Source: a virus. Taken from it: a DNA stretch of 64,000 nt. The stretch lies in the IMG/VR virus record IMGVR_UViG_3300032265_001591, positions 1 to 64,000 of that record; one strand, 5' to 3'. Below are positions 25,959 to 35,511 of the stretch, piece by piece. The position numbers and the translations under genes are program-made. The notes beneath the pieces are model-generated. The model saw only the letters and a program-made list of their open reading frames with translations. It did not search any database and was not told where the DNA came from. Each line of letters starts with the position of its first letter. Within the stretch, counting starts at the first letter, position 1.

Positions 25959-26843
25959 ATGAAAAGCATATATGAAACACAAAATTTAATGGTAAAACCT
26001 GCAAAGCATGGTATGTTTGCTTATTACATGGATGATGATCCAATTGGAACGTGTTTATTTTTCTATGGAGAATGGGCTGAACAAGAATTTGAAGTCATTA
26101 AACGATTGATTACACCTAATACTAATTGTATTGACGTTGGATCAAACATTGGTACACATTCTGTTTGGTTATCTAAACAATGCCCTGGTGGCTATGTATT
26201 TTCCATAGAACCACAATTTTATATCTTCCAGTTATTAAATACTAACATTGTTCTTAATGATTGTTTTAATGTTGTACCAATGAATATTGGTATTGCAAAC
26301 ACTACTGGACAAATGTTAGTGAAAGTTTCAACTACCGCTGGCGTAGGACACAAACAAAATTATGGTGAGTTCTCTCTTTTAAATCAACCTAATGATCAAG
26401 GTGTTCTAATTGACATTAAAAAATTGGATGATCTCGAGTACATGGGAAATGAAATTGGGTTTATGAAAGTTGATTGTGAGTTGCTTGAAGCTCAAGTTCT
26501 TATGTCAGCGAGCAATATACTAAAAACTAGTAAACCAAATATGTACATTGAATTTAATTCTGTAAATGGAAATGATGAAGTACTTAGAATCTTAAATGAA
26601 CATGATTATAATTGCTATTGGCATGTATATGAAAAATTTAATGTAGATAATTTCAATAAACATCCAACCAACATTTATCTTGATGCAGATTGCTCTAAGA
26701 CTGTGTATTACATATCAAAGTATTTTGAATCAAATTTGATTGCTATTCATAAAGATAAAGATGAAGGACTGTTTACTGATAAGATCGAGATGGGTGACAA
26801 CATTGCAAAGTGGCTATTACGGCATAAATGGATAACATTATAG
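25959..26843 (+). CDS. FkbM-family methyltransferase
   Basis: DVGSNIG, IEPQ, MKVDCE motifs. Confidence 0.85.
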   Translation: MKSIYETQNLMVKPAKHGMFAYYMDDDPIGTCLFFYGEWAEQEFEVIKRLITPNTNCIDVGSNIGTHSVWLSKQCPGGYVFSIEPQFYIFQLLNTNIVLNDCFNVVPMNIGIANTTGQMLVKVSTTAGVGHKQNYGEFSLLNQPNDQGVLIDIKKLDDLEYMGNEIGFMKVDCELLEAQVLMSASNILKTSKPNMYIEFNSVNGNDEVLRILNEHDYNCYWHVYEKFNVDNFNKHPTNIYLDADCSKTVYYISKYFESNLIAIHKDKDEGLFTDKIEMGDNIAKWLLRHKWITL

Positions 26844-26872
26844 TGTACTTATATGTTAATCTATAGTAGTAT
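26844..26872 (+). promoter_or_regulatory. Promoter for tRNA cluster
   Basis: TGTACT-17 nt-TAGTAT. Confidence 0.55.
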
Positions 26873-26883
26873 AGATATGTATT

Positions 26884-26957
26884 CTGCCTATAGCTCAGTT
26901 GGATAGAGCACTAGCCTTCTAAGCTGGTGGTCGGGGGTTCGAATCCCTCTAGGCAGG
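26884..26957 (+). tRNA. tRNA-Arg(UCU), CCA not encoded
   Basis: Cloverleaf; anticodon arm CTAGC-CT TCT AA-GCTGG; GGTTCGAATCC. Confidence 0.92.
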
Positions 26958-27012
26958 CCCTTGGAGTCTTAGTCAAGACTCGAACTTTTATAAATAAGTG
27001 TAGGAGGCTTTT

Positions 27013-27648
27013 ATGCACTACACAATTTATAAAGTTACAAACAAGATAGATGGCAAGATCTATATTGGATCTCATAAGACCAAAAATCTTGATGACGGCT
27101 ACATGGGTTCAGGTAAGTATCTTAAACGAGCAATAGAGAAATACGGTATTGAAAATTTTGAAAAAGAAATACTGTTCGTTTACGACAACCCTGAAGCTAT
27201 GTATCAAAAAGAAGGCGAAATTGTTAACGAAGATTTTCTCTCTACAGAAAACACTTACAACTTGAAAGTTGGTGGATTTGGTGGATGGGATTACATAAAT
27301 CAGAATGACTTAAGTGGCGGAGGTTGGCGAAAGTCATCATCAGAAAAAAAATCTAAATCTGGTAGATTTGGAGGAATTACAGCATTCAATAAAAAAGTTG
27401 GAATCTTTAGTGAAGAGTCAAAAAATAAATCAAAAAAGACGCTGTTGGAAAAATATCCTAACGGCACCTTTTATGGAAAAACTCATTCCGAAGAAGCCAA
27501 AAAGATTATATCGCAACGAAATTCTATGATGCAATCCGGTGAAAAAAATTCACAATATGGCACGATGTGGATCACTAATGGCATTAAAAATGCAAAAATT
27601 AAAAGAAATGACGCTATTCCGGATGGGTGGCAAAAAGGAAGAAAATGA
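27013..27648 (+). mobile_element. Free-standing GIY-YIG homing endonuclease (Seg-like, NUMOD3) within tRNA cluster
   Basis: TIY...IYIG.H...YMGSG; FYGKTHSEEAKK; own late promoter TATAAATA at 26989-26996. Confidence 0.85.
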
Positions 27649-27650
27649 AC

Positions 27651-27727
27651 GCGAGTGTAATCCAATCGGTAGAGATAAGGGACTTAAAATCCCTAAAGTG
27701 TGGGTTCGAATCCCACCACTCGTACCA
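27651..27727 (+). tRNA. tRNA-Leu(UAA), short variable loop
   Basis: AGGGA-CT TAA AA-TCCCT; T arm; ACCA end. Confidence 0.88.
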
Positions 27728-27735
27728 AACACAAC

Positions 27736-27811
27736 GCCCACGTAGCTCAGTGGTTAGAGCAGACGGCTTATATCCGTCCGGTCGGTGGTTCAATTCCATC
27801 CGTGGGTACCA
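27736..27811 (+). tRNA. tRNA-Ile(UAU)
   Basis: GACGG-CT TAT AT-CCGTC; ACCA end. Confidence 0.9.
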
Positions 27812-27821
27812 AATAAAATAT

Positions 27822-27914
27822 GGGTGAGTTGATGCTATGGTGTGTGCATCTCCAGACTGTAAATCTGGTCCCTCTGGGTAAACATTGTCAGTTCGACTCT
27901 GACCTCACCCACCA
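27822..27914 (+). tRNA. tRNA-Tyr(GUA)
   Basis: CCAGA-CT GTA AA-TCTGG; long variable region; ACCA end; enlarged D arm. Confidence 0.85.
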
Positions 27915-27924
27915 TATAAAATGC

Positions 27925-27999
27925 GGGATTGTGGTGAAATGGTATCACAACGGACTTTTAATCCGTAAATTTTGGGTTCGAGCCCCAACGATCCTACCA
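27925..27999 (+). tRNA. tRNA-Lys(UUU)
   Basis: ACGGA-CT TTT AA-TCCGT; ACCA end. Confidence 0.88.
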
Positions 28000-28018
28000 A
28001 ATATATAAGGATTATGGT

Positions 28019-28555
28019 ATGATAGAATTTTTAGTGTGTTTATATTGTGCTATAGCAGATCGAGTTCGCGGAGGATTTCCTAGTGACAGATTTTGGAAAA
28101 TTAAACCTTGGTGGAAACCACCTTTGCGCTCGTCTATTTGGTATGTTTCTGGTGGTATTCTCTCCGCTAGTATTCTTAATCCACATGATATTAAATCTTT
28201 TCTAATCTGTTTGCTTGCATCTATTCTTTTTGCTCTAGGTGAACGTCAGAACATGGGTGTAATTGGTTGGTTATATCCTACCAGTAAAAAGCAATTTCAA
28301 GGATGGATTCAGCAATTTCGAATTGGTGGTTTGTGGGCATTGATTGTCTCGCCTCTTTATTTTCTAGATTCAAACCTTTGGGTTTTAATTCCGGCTTGTT
28401 TTTTTGGTCCTGCTTTGGGTGCGCTATTTGCACGATTCTTATGGGTAAAATTGCCAGATCTTTGTCTTGAGCTTAATGGTCAATGGGCATGGACGGAATT
28501 TTATCGTGGATTGTTTATGGCATTAATTGCGGTAAGTCTTAAATTATTTTGGTAA
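28019..28555 (+). CDS. Multi-pass membrane protein
   Basis: Several hydrophobic Trp-rich segments. Confidence 0.7.
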   Translation: MIEFLVCLYCAIADRVRGGFPSDRFWKIKPWWKPPLRSSIWYVSGGILSASILNPHDIKSFLICLLASILFALGERQNMGVIGWLYPTSKKQFQGWIQQFRIGGLWALIVSPLYFLDSNLWVLIPACFFGPALGALFARFLWVKLPDLCLELNGQWAWTEFYRGLFMALIAVSLKLFW

Positions 28556-28561
28556 TATAAA

Positions 28562-29065
28562 ATGAAAGTTTACATCGGTCCATTTAAGAAAAATTCTGAT
28601 GAGCGTAAGATTGATGTTCGTATCGATAAGCATGATACATGGAACATGGATTCTACTCTCGCATATATTGTTCTTCCTATGCTTAAGCAATTGAAGGCAA
28701 CTATACATGGGTCTCCTGGAGATCTTATTGAGTTTCAACAGACTTCAAATTCAGCTCAATACTCTTTTGACTTCTATGAAGAAGGCGATAAACTTGCTTG
28801 GGAAAAGGGACATGAACATTGGCACCAAATTCTTGATAAGATGATTTGGTCATTTGAGCAGATAAATACTGATTGGGAAGATCAGTTTCATTCTGGCGTG
28901 TTAGACGTTTACTTCGAAGAAGTTGAAGGAACTGAACATTCTATTATGAAAATTGGTCCTAATGATACGCATAAATTTGATTCTAAAGGTTGTCTTCAGT
29001 TTCAAGATCGTATGCAAGAAGGATTCGAGTTGTTTGGTAAATATTATAGAAACTTATGGGATTAA
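28562..29065 (+). CDS. Conserved phage hypothetical protein
   Basis: DTWNMD.TLA.I.LPML...GF.LFGKYY..LWD. Confidence 0.75.
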   Translation: MKVYIGPFKKNSDERKIDVRIDKHDTWNMDSTLAYIVLPMLKQLKATIHGSPGDLIEFQQTSNSAQYSFDFYEEGDKLAWEKGHEHWHQILDKMIWSFEQINTDWEDQFHSGVLDVYFEEVEGTEHSIMKIGPNDTHKFDSKGCLQFQDRMQEGFELFGKYYRNLWD

Positions 29066-29067
29066 AC

Positions 29068-29718
29068 ATGAAAATAAAATTAATTACTTTTCTTACATCA
29101 CTTCTATGCTTAAATGTATATGCAACTGAGTGCAATCAGTTCTTTCCTAATGGTAAAGAAATTGTCATTCCCGGAACTACTGCGCTATGTAATAGCTTCT
29201 TTGTAGTGCTGTTTGATACTAAACATGAAGCTCCTATGGTTTCAGCTGAGATTACACAACCTAAAGATCAGCGTGCTAATCGCACAAATGATTTTCATGG
29301 TGATTCGCGGTTAAAGAATGATTCACCTCTTCCAAGTGATTATGATAATTCTGGATTTGATCGTGGTCACATGACACCTGCTGCTGATGCATCAACTCCA
29401 AAGCAAATGAGTGAAACGTTTCTCATGACAAATATGACTCCACAGGCTCCTAAATTGAATCGGGTTGCATGGAGATTGATGGAAGAAAAAGTTCGTGGAA
29501 TGGATAGCCAGTATATTGTAACTGGTGCAATTTATAAGTATCCTGCTAAGACAATTGGTAAGCATAATGTTCCAGTGCCAGTTTCTTACTATAAAGTAGT
29601 TTATCTTAAAGATGGTAAGAAAGTTGCATTTAATGCTACGAATTTAAATGAAGCAGATGTAACTGAGATTTCTTTTGAACATCTACAAGAAATGTTGGAG
29701 TATAAACTTCCAAATTGA
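29068..29718 (+). CDS. DNA/RNA non-specific endonuclease with signal peptide
   Basis: DRGHM, NMTPQ...LNR motifs. Confidence 0.88.
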   Translation: MKIKLITFLTSLLCLNVYATECNQFFPNGKEIVIPGTTALCNSFFVVLFDTKHEAPMVSAEITQPKDQRANRTNDFHGDSRLKNDSPLPSDYDNSGFDRGHMTPAADASTPKQMSETFLMTNMTPQAPKLNRVAWRLMEEKVRGMDSQYIVTGAIYKYPAKTIGKHNVPVPVSYYKVVYLKDGKKVAFNATNLNEADVTEISFEHLQEMLEYKLPN

Positions 29719-29730
29719 TGAGGTTTTGAT

Positions 29731-29913
29731 ATGAAAAGATTTATAATAAAAGACTCGCCTTCTCATGTGTTTGAAGATGATGTAGATTATTCTATTCCTT
29801 CACATTCTGATTTAACACAGGTATGCGAAGCGTTTACTTTTTTTCTAAAAGCGTGTGGCTATAATCTCGATGGACAATATGTAACAATTGATTTTCACGA
29901 TGACTTAAAATGA
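29731..29913 (+). CDS. Hypothetical protein
   Basis: GAGG RBS, 60 aa. Confidence 0.65.
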   Translation: MKRFIIKDSPSHVFEDDVDYSIPSHSDLTQVCEAFTFFLKACGYNLDGQYVTIDFHDDLK

Positions 29914-30632
29914 AAACTTATATTTTTGATGTAGATGGTGTATTGGCTTTACCCAATCAGCCAATTGAACCTCATTTTATGAGAATGTTTGAACACTGGA
30001 TGCTTAAGAAAGACGTATATATTTGCACGAATAACACTTATCAAAACATTATGCCTAGGCTTGGACGTAGGATTATTGATAATTGTCAAGCTGTATTCAC
30101 CAGTGGTGGTAACTCTATATGGAAAGAAAATAAAGAACATGTGGTGAGCAATTGGCGGCCATCATATGAATTAATTTCTTTTCTTGAATCTCTTCTAAAG
30201 ATGTCGGATCTTAAGACAAGATCTGGACCGAATATTGAATATCGTACAGGAATGATTAGTTTTTCTTTAGTTGGAAAGACAGCATCAGAAGATGAGATTA
30301 AGAGATATCAGCAATGGGATAAGATTTCAAAAGAAAAGAAAACTTTTGCCGAAAGCATTAAGAAAGCTTTTCCAAATTTAGGCATATGCTTCGGTAGTGA
30401 TACATCTATTGACATCAGTGAATCATGTTACGATAAAGCAAACATTTATAATTTTCTTAAGTTTAAAACAAATGTTACTTCAGTGTATCATTCAGTATAT
30501 GGTAATAACAAAGACACACAAGAACGTATAAAAAACATAACTGAACAAGCTATGTCAATTAATAAAAAAGCAGTATATAATACTATTATTAGCAATAGTC
30601 CTGAAGATACACAAAAATATTTGAGATTGTAA
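29910..30632 (+). CDS. HAD-superfamily (phosphomannomutase-like) protein
   Basis: FDVDG.L motif I; IEYR.GM..FS..G. Confidence 0.75.
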   Translation: MKTYIFDVDGVLALPNQPIEPHFMRMFEHWMLKKDVYICTNNTYQNIMPRLGRRIIDNCQAVFTSGGNSIWKENKEHVVSNWRPSYELISFLESLLKMSDLKTRSGPNIEYRTGMISFSLVGKTASEDEIKRYQQWDKISKEKKTFAESIKKAFPNLGICFGSDTSIDISESCYDKANIYNFLKFKTNVTSVYHSVYGNNKDTQERIKNITEQAMSINKKAVYNTIISNSPEDTQKYLRL

Positions 30633-30634
30633 TT

Positions 30635-31042
30635 ATGATGATATTTATGAATTCTTCTTCCAAAAAGAAGAAAACAAAATTGACTAAAGCAAAACAAAAA
30701 GTTCTTGATGACTATAACGCTTGGAGAAAACAGAATAAATTACCTGCTGTTTCTTCTTTGAATGCTGAAAAGATCTCAAGCTCTTTTCAAGAGTATAAGC
30801 CTAAGGTATCACATGCTCGTAGTACTTCTCATATCAAATCACTTGAGAGCACTGCACCAGCTGTATGCGCGCGGAACTCTATCATGGATAGAACGTCTCT
30901 TGATAAAGAACCTGAACATGTTCGCGAACAGATCATTGCTAAGAGCAAAAGAATTGCACTGATGTATAACAAAGGTGCATATCAATACATTAGCGATGAA
31001 ATTGATATCACTACAATTGGAACCCGCAATAGAAGAATGTAG
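30635..31042 (+). CDS. Hypothetical protein
   Basis: Basic; YNKGAYQYI C-terminal motif. Confidence 0.7.
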   Translation: MMIFMNSSSKKKKTKLTKAKQKVLDDYNAWRKQNKLPAVSSLNAEKISSSFQEYKPKVSHARSTSHIKSLESTAPAVCARNSIMDRTSLDKEPEHVREQIIAKSKRIALMYNKGAYQYISDEIDITTIGTRNRRM

Positions 31043-31071
31043 TGTACATTATTTCCATATAGTATTACTAT
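31043..31071 (+). promoter_or_regulatory. Early-type promoter (cassette consensus)
   Basis: TGTACA-17 nt-TACTAT. Confidence 0.65.
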
Positions 31072-31131
31072 ATGGTTATGGGTGCTAGTGACCTACACTA
31101 AAAATTTGTTAATTATTAATTGGAGATTATT

Positions 31132-31368
31132 ATGACTAAGACCGAAAAGCTTCTTGATGCATTTAAGAATGGCACTCGACTGACGAGCAAGCAGATTTCT
31201 GCACGCTTTGGTCTAAAGAACCCAACTGCAGCGATCACCGCTCTACGCCAGGAAGGTTATGCTATTCACTTCAATAAGCGTAAGACTATGGCTTCGTACT
31301 TCAAGCTTGGTACGCCAAGCCGAGCAGTAGTTGCTGCTGGGTATAAGGCTCTAGCGCATAACGGCTAA
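31132..31368 (+). CDS. Small winged-HTH-like DNA-binding protein
   Basis: LTSKQI..RFG..NPTA.I..LR.EGY.I pattern. Confidence 0.7.
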   Translation: MTKTEKLLDAFKNGTRLTSKQISARFGLKNPTAAITALRQEGYAIHFNKRKTMASYFKLGTPSRAVVAAGYKALAHNG

Positions 31369-31381
31369 ACCTTGAATAAGA

Positions 31382-31411
31382 AGAAGGGCCCTTGTGGCCC
31401 TTCTCTCTTTT
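31382..31411 (+). terminator. Rho-independent terminator
   Basis: AGAAGGGCC-CTTGT-GGCCCTTCT followed by pyrimidine/T run. Confidence 0.7.
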
Positions 31412-31421
31412 GGAGATTATT

Positions 31422-31676
31422 ATGATTACTCGTCAAGAACTTTCAGATCTTCTACACAATCACATGATGAAGATTTGCTTTATGAAAAAAGATGAGACTC
31501 AGCGTGAAATGCTGTGTACTCTACAAAAAGATCTTCTTCCTTTAGTTGAGGAAACCACAGAAGAAGTAACTAACAAACCTATCAATGAAACGTTGATTCC
31601 CGTTTGGGATGTGATTAATAATGGTTGGCGTTCTATCATTATAGATAGAATATACCATTATGAAATTGTGGAGTAA
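31422..31676 (+). CDS. Conserved phage Sm-like/WYL_2 protein
   Basis: F.KKD.T.R.M.CTL...VWD....GWRS. Confidence 0.75.
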   Translation: MITRQELSDLLHNHMMKICFMKKDETQREMLCTLQKDLLPLVEETTEEVTNKPINETLIPVWDVINNGWRSIIIDRIYHYEIVE

Positions 31677-31679
31677 ATT

Positions 31680-32621
31680 ATGCCTATTGCTATTGATGAA
31701 TTATCCAAGAATGCTCTTGGTGGAACCGAGAGAATGAAGTATGCTCTAGCAGAAAAGCTAGATCAGACTATCTTAGATAAATTTCAAATCATTTGTTCCA
31801 GGGTTAGAGACATTGATCCTAAGCTCATCCCTATCTACTGGCTTCATGATCTTCCTGGTGACCCAGAATCAAACCACTTAGCACAAGGTGGTTACACCAA
31901 GTTTGAACGTCTTGTATTTGTTTCTAATTGGCAGATGCAAAACTATCTAAATCACTATAGGATTCCTTGGTATAAATCTTGTGTTATTCAGAACGCAATT
32001 GAGCCTATTCCTTTTGTTGAAAAATCAAAAGAAAAAATTAAACTCATTTATCATACAACGCCACATCGTGGATTGAACATTGTTGTTCCTGTATTTGCTA
32101 AGCTTGCAGAAAAGTACGATAACATTGAATTGGATGTATTCTCATCATTTAAAATTTATGGATGGGAAGAACGTGATGAACCCTTTAAACAATTATTTGA
32201 CTTCTGTGAAAATCACCCTAAAATAAACTATCATGGGTTCCAACCAAATGAAGTGGTGCGAAAAGCTTTACAAGAAGCTCACATCTTTGCTTATCCATCA
32301 ATTTGGCTTGAGACTTCATGCATTGCTCTACTTGAAGCAATGAGCGCTGGTTGCTTATGTGTACATCCTAATTATGGTGCACTCTATGAAACAGCAGCAA
32401 ACCTTACTTGGATGTATCAATATCAAGAAGATCCTAGGGATCATACTAATACATTCTATAATATGCTTGATGTAGCAATTCAAAAAGTTCAAAGTGATAG
32501 TGTTCAATTGTCTTTAGAATCAACTAAGAACTATGTTGATACTCTTTACAATTGGGACCGCCGAGTTGCTGAATGGAATACTTTACTCACTTCAATCTTA
32601 ATTAAGAAGAAACTTATCTAA
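31680..32621 (+). CDS. Glycosyltransferase (GT-B, family 4-like)
   Basis: GGTE, P.RGL, YPS.W.ETSCI..LEAM.AG. Confidence 0.88.
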   Translation: MPIAIDELSKNALGGTERMKYALAEKLDQTILDKFQIICSRVRDIDPKLIPIYWLHDLPGDPESNHLAQGGYTKFERLVFVSNWQMQNYLNHYRIPWYKSCVIQNAIEPIPFVEKSKEKIKLIYHTTPHRGLNIVVPVFAKLAEKYDNIELDVFSSFKIYGWEERDEPFKQLFDFCENHPKINYHGFQPNEVVRKALQEAHIFAYPSIWLETSCIALLEAMSAGCLCVHPNYGALYETAANLTWMYQYQEDPRDHTNTFYNMLDVAIQKVQSDSVQLSLESTKNYVDTLYNWDRRVAEWNTLLTSILIKKKLI

Positions 32622-33748
32622 TGAGCGTTAATAAACTTGCTGATAAATTGATCGCTAAAAAGTTTTGGGGTGACGAACCAATTCATAAAAAAGTAATCAC
32701 ATCTAAAATTGATGATATGCTTTGCAAAATGTTAAATTGGTACAATATCATGTCTGATGAAAAAGACAAAGATAGATGGCTAATTGAATACATGAAAAAT
32801 AATGGTTACAGTAAGACTGATATTTTAAATATCATGAATCTTAATGCTTTAGGTTCAGTTTGCAAAAATTCAGCAAGTGTTTTGGCGCGGATTGAATCCA
32901 ATGGTGCTACTTTTGATGGTGAAATAAAAGGAATCGTTGCTTCTAAAATTAGACAAGCTTTGTCTTATAATCAAAAAGAAATAAAAGAAGATATTACTAG
33001 TGCAAAAGTAGTATCTATCCAAGATAGAATCAAAGCATTAGCAGAACCACACATTGTGCATATCGATGAGGAGATTCATTCATGGTATTATGAACGTAAG
33101 ACTAAAATTGTTTTCTCTTTGTATACGTATCTTCAGCGCAATCAGCTTAATGCACAGATCTGTAATCATATCAAAACATTGATTTCTAAGATTCATGATG
33201 AACACGCTGAAATGCTGCAAGGTGAAGATGAACAATTGAATGAAGCATATGCTTACCTTCCTAATACTTCAAAGAAAGCTATTATGAAGCAATTAACTGC
33301 TTGTATGGAAGATATTGCTCGATTTGTTGGTAATGCTAAAGCTTCTAAACCTAAGAAGCCGCGTAAAAAGAAAGAAGTAACTGCATCTAAACTAATAAAT
33401 AAACTAAACTATCAGAAAGAGTTTAATAAACTTAAGATCAAGTCTATTATGCCTGAATCTATTATTGGTAGTCAGCAGTTATGGTTATATAACACTAAGT
33501 ATGATCAACTGATCATGTTAAACGCCATTAGTCCAACCGGATTAAGCGTTAAAGGTTCAACTATTATAGACTTTGATCCAGATGCTTCTATTAAAAAGAA
33601 AGTTAGGAAACCAGAAGATACAATTCAAAAAGTTCTTAGTGGAGGAAAGCAAGTTCTAATTAAACTCATGTCAACCTTAACTACTAAACCTATTGAAGTT
33701 AATGGCCGAATTAATAATGATACTATCATCCTTAGAGCCATTAAATAG
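32621..33748 (+). CDS. Conserved T4-like hypothetical protein
   Basis: 375 aa; QL.EAY, RKPE, NGRIN..TI.L. Confidence 0.75.
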   Translation: MSVNKLADKLIAKKFWGDEPIHKKVITSKIDDMLCKMLNWYNIMSDEKDKDRWLIEYMKNNGYSKTDILNIMNLNALGSVCKNSASVLARIESNGATFDGEIKGIVASKIRQALSYNQKEIKEDITSAKVVSIQDRIKALAEPHIVHIDEEIHSWYYERKTKIVFSLYTYLQRNQLNAQICNHIKTLISKIHDEHAEMLQGEDEQLNEAYAYLPNTSKKAIMKQLTACMEDIARFVGNAKASKPKKPRKKKEVTASKLINKLNYQKEFNKLKIKSIMPESIIGSQQLWLYNTKYDQLIMLNAISPTGLSVKGSTIIDFDPDASIKKKVRKPEDTIQKVLSGGKQVLIKLMSTLTTKPIEVNGRINNDTIILRAIK

Positions 33749-33756
33749 GAGCGTCT

Positions 33757-34143
33757 ATGTCAGTAATAAAAACAAAAAAAGCATCTGACAATGTCGTAAT
33801 ATTCCCTAAGTCAAAGGCTAATGTTCCCCCTATGACAATAGAGGAACTTAATGAAAAACTAAAATGTTCTAAGTTAGAAGTAGCAGAACACTTAGCAGAA
33901 GAATTAACACATGAAGTTGGAAGAATCATGTCTGATAATGGGTATATGATTACTCATGTTGCAGATCTTGCGTTCCTTCTTATTACTGTGAAAGCAGTTC
34001 TTCTAAGACATGAAAAAATATATCATCCAGTTCAAGATTTTATTGATGAGAATATTATCTTAACAGAAGGCGATGAAGACGAAGAAGACGAAGAAGACGA
34101 AGAAGACGAAGAAGACGAAGAAACAATTGACATTGAAACTTAA
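33757..34143 (+). CDS. Hypothetical protein with acidic tail
   Basis: NVVIFP; (EDE)n tail. Confidence 0.75.
   Translation: MSVIKTKKASDNVVIFPKSKANVPPMTIEELNEKLKCSKLEVAEHLAEELTHEVGRIMSDNGYMITHVADLAFLLITVKAVLLRHEKIYHPVQDFIDENIILTEGDEDEEDEEDEEDEEDEETIDIET
34075..34119 (+). repeat. In-frame tandem repeat (GAAGACGAA)x5
   Basis: Five exact 9-bp units. Confidence 0.9.
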
Positions 34144-34155
34144 ATAATATACTAT
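34127..34155 (+). promoter_or_regulatory. Sigma70 promoter for rnh
   Basis: TTGACA-17 nt-TACTAT. Confidence 0.65.
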
Positions 34156-34184
34156 TAGCATACATATACATTTTGGAGTAAACA

Positions 34185-35060
34185 ATGATTATCGTTGACT
34201 TGAATCAAGTCATGATTGCAAATATTATGGCGCTTTATGGCCGGCACATTGGCGAAACACCAATTGAATTGGATCTATTCCGATCCGCTACACTTAATAC
34301 TATCAGATCATTTAATAAGAAATTTTCTGGTCAGTTTGGAGAAATGGTCATTGCGGCCGATGGCAGACGTAGTTGGCGTAAAGACGTATTTCCATTCTAT
34401 AAAGCAAATCGTAAAAAGAGTCGTGACAAATCTGATGTAGATTGGACTCTTATCTTTAATAATCTTAATACTGTCCGTGAAGAACTTAAAGAGTTCTTTC
34501 CTTATCGAGTTATTCACCTAGATAGCGCTGAAGCTGATGATGTAATTGGTGTTCTTGTTACAGAACTGTCTAATAGAGTTGGATATAAAAAAGAAAATAT
34601 CTTAATTCTATCTGGTGATAAAGATTTTATTCAGCTTCAAGCATATAATTCTTCTGTTGCAGTCAAGCAATACGATCCCATAAATAAGAAATATATTGAT
34701 TGTTCTGATGCTAAACAGTTTATGAAAGAACATATCCTCAAAGGTGATGTAGGTGATGGTATCCCTAATTTTCTTTCTGCAGATAATAGTTTCGTAGATA
34801 ATGTTAGACAGAAACCAATTATGAAGAAAAATCTTAATGAATGGCTTCTTCTTCCAATAGAACAGTTTTGTAACGAAGAGATGCTTAGAAATTTTAAACG
34901 AAATGAAACGTTAATTGATTTAAGTAAAACGCCACAAATTATTCGTGAAAAAATTATTACTGAATATGAACAACAATCAGGAAAAGATAGATCCAAATTG
35001 TTTAATTACTTCATCAAGAATAAACTGAAAGTGTTGATGGAATCTATTAATGACTTTTAA
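34185..35060 (+). CDS. rnh: T4 RNase H (5'-3' exonuclease)
   Basis: YKANR, EADD.I, SGDKDF.QL, GD.GDGIPN. Confidence 0.93.
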   Translation: MIIVDLNQVMIANIMALYGRHIGETPIELDLFRSATLNTIRSFNKKFSGQFGEMVIAADGRRSWRKDVFPFYKANRKKSRDKSDVDWTLIFNNLNTVREELKEFFPYRVIHLDSAEADDVIGVLVTELSNRVGYKKENILILSGDKDFIQLQAYNSSVAVKQYDPINKKYIDCSDAKQFMKEHILKGDVGDGIPNFLSADNSFVDNVRQKPIMKKNLNEWLLLPIEQFCNEEMLRNFKRNETLIDLSKTPQIIREKIITEYEQQSGKDRSKLFNYFIKNKLKVLMESINDF

Positions 35061-35069
35061 AGGTTAATC

Positions 35070-35510
35070 ATGCATAAATCACTATACCAAATTCTAAAAG
35101 AAATCTCTGAGCTTAAGACCAATAAAGAAAAAATTGAAGCTCTAAGAACCAATCGATACGCAGAAGCTTTTAAGTGTATATTTCATTATACATATCATTC
35201 TCAGATTAAATGGCTTTTACCGGAAGGTGATGCACCATATAAGCCATGTGAATTTTTAGATGCTGAAGGGCGATTGCTTATTGAACTTAGAAAGCTATAT
35301 CTTTTTATAGAAGGCGGTAATCCAAATTTAGTTCAAGCTAGACGAGAATTTCTTTTCATTCAAACATTAGAAAGCGTTTATCCAAAAGATGCTGAACTTT
35401 TGATTTCTATGAAAGATAGAAAATTACCATTTAAAGGTCTTAATAAGAAGCTTGTTGTGCAGGCTTTTCCAGAACTAGATTTAGGAACACAGGAGGAAGT
35501 AGAAGTATAA
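35070..35510 (+). CDS. Conserved T4-like hypothetical protein
   Basis: W.LPEG..PY, RRE.LFIQ.LE. Confidence 0.75.
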   Translation: MHKSLYQILKEISELKTNKEKIEALRTNRYAEAFKCIFHYTYHSQIKWLLPEGDAPYKPCEFLDAEGRLLIELRKLYLFIEGGNPNLVQARREFLFIQTLESVYPKDAELLISMKDRKLPFKGLNKKLVVQAFPELDLGTQEEVEV

Positions 35511-35511
35511 T

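Noticed and set aside
27539-28008. Small ORFs over the tRNA cluster
   Set aside because: They overlap clear tRNA cloverleaves
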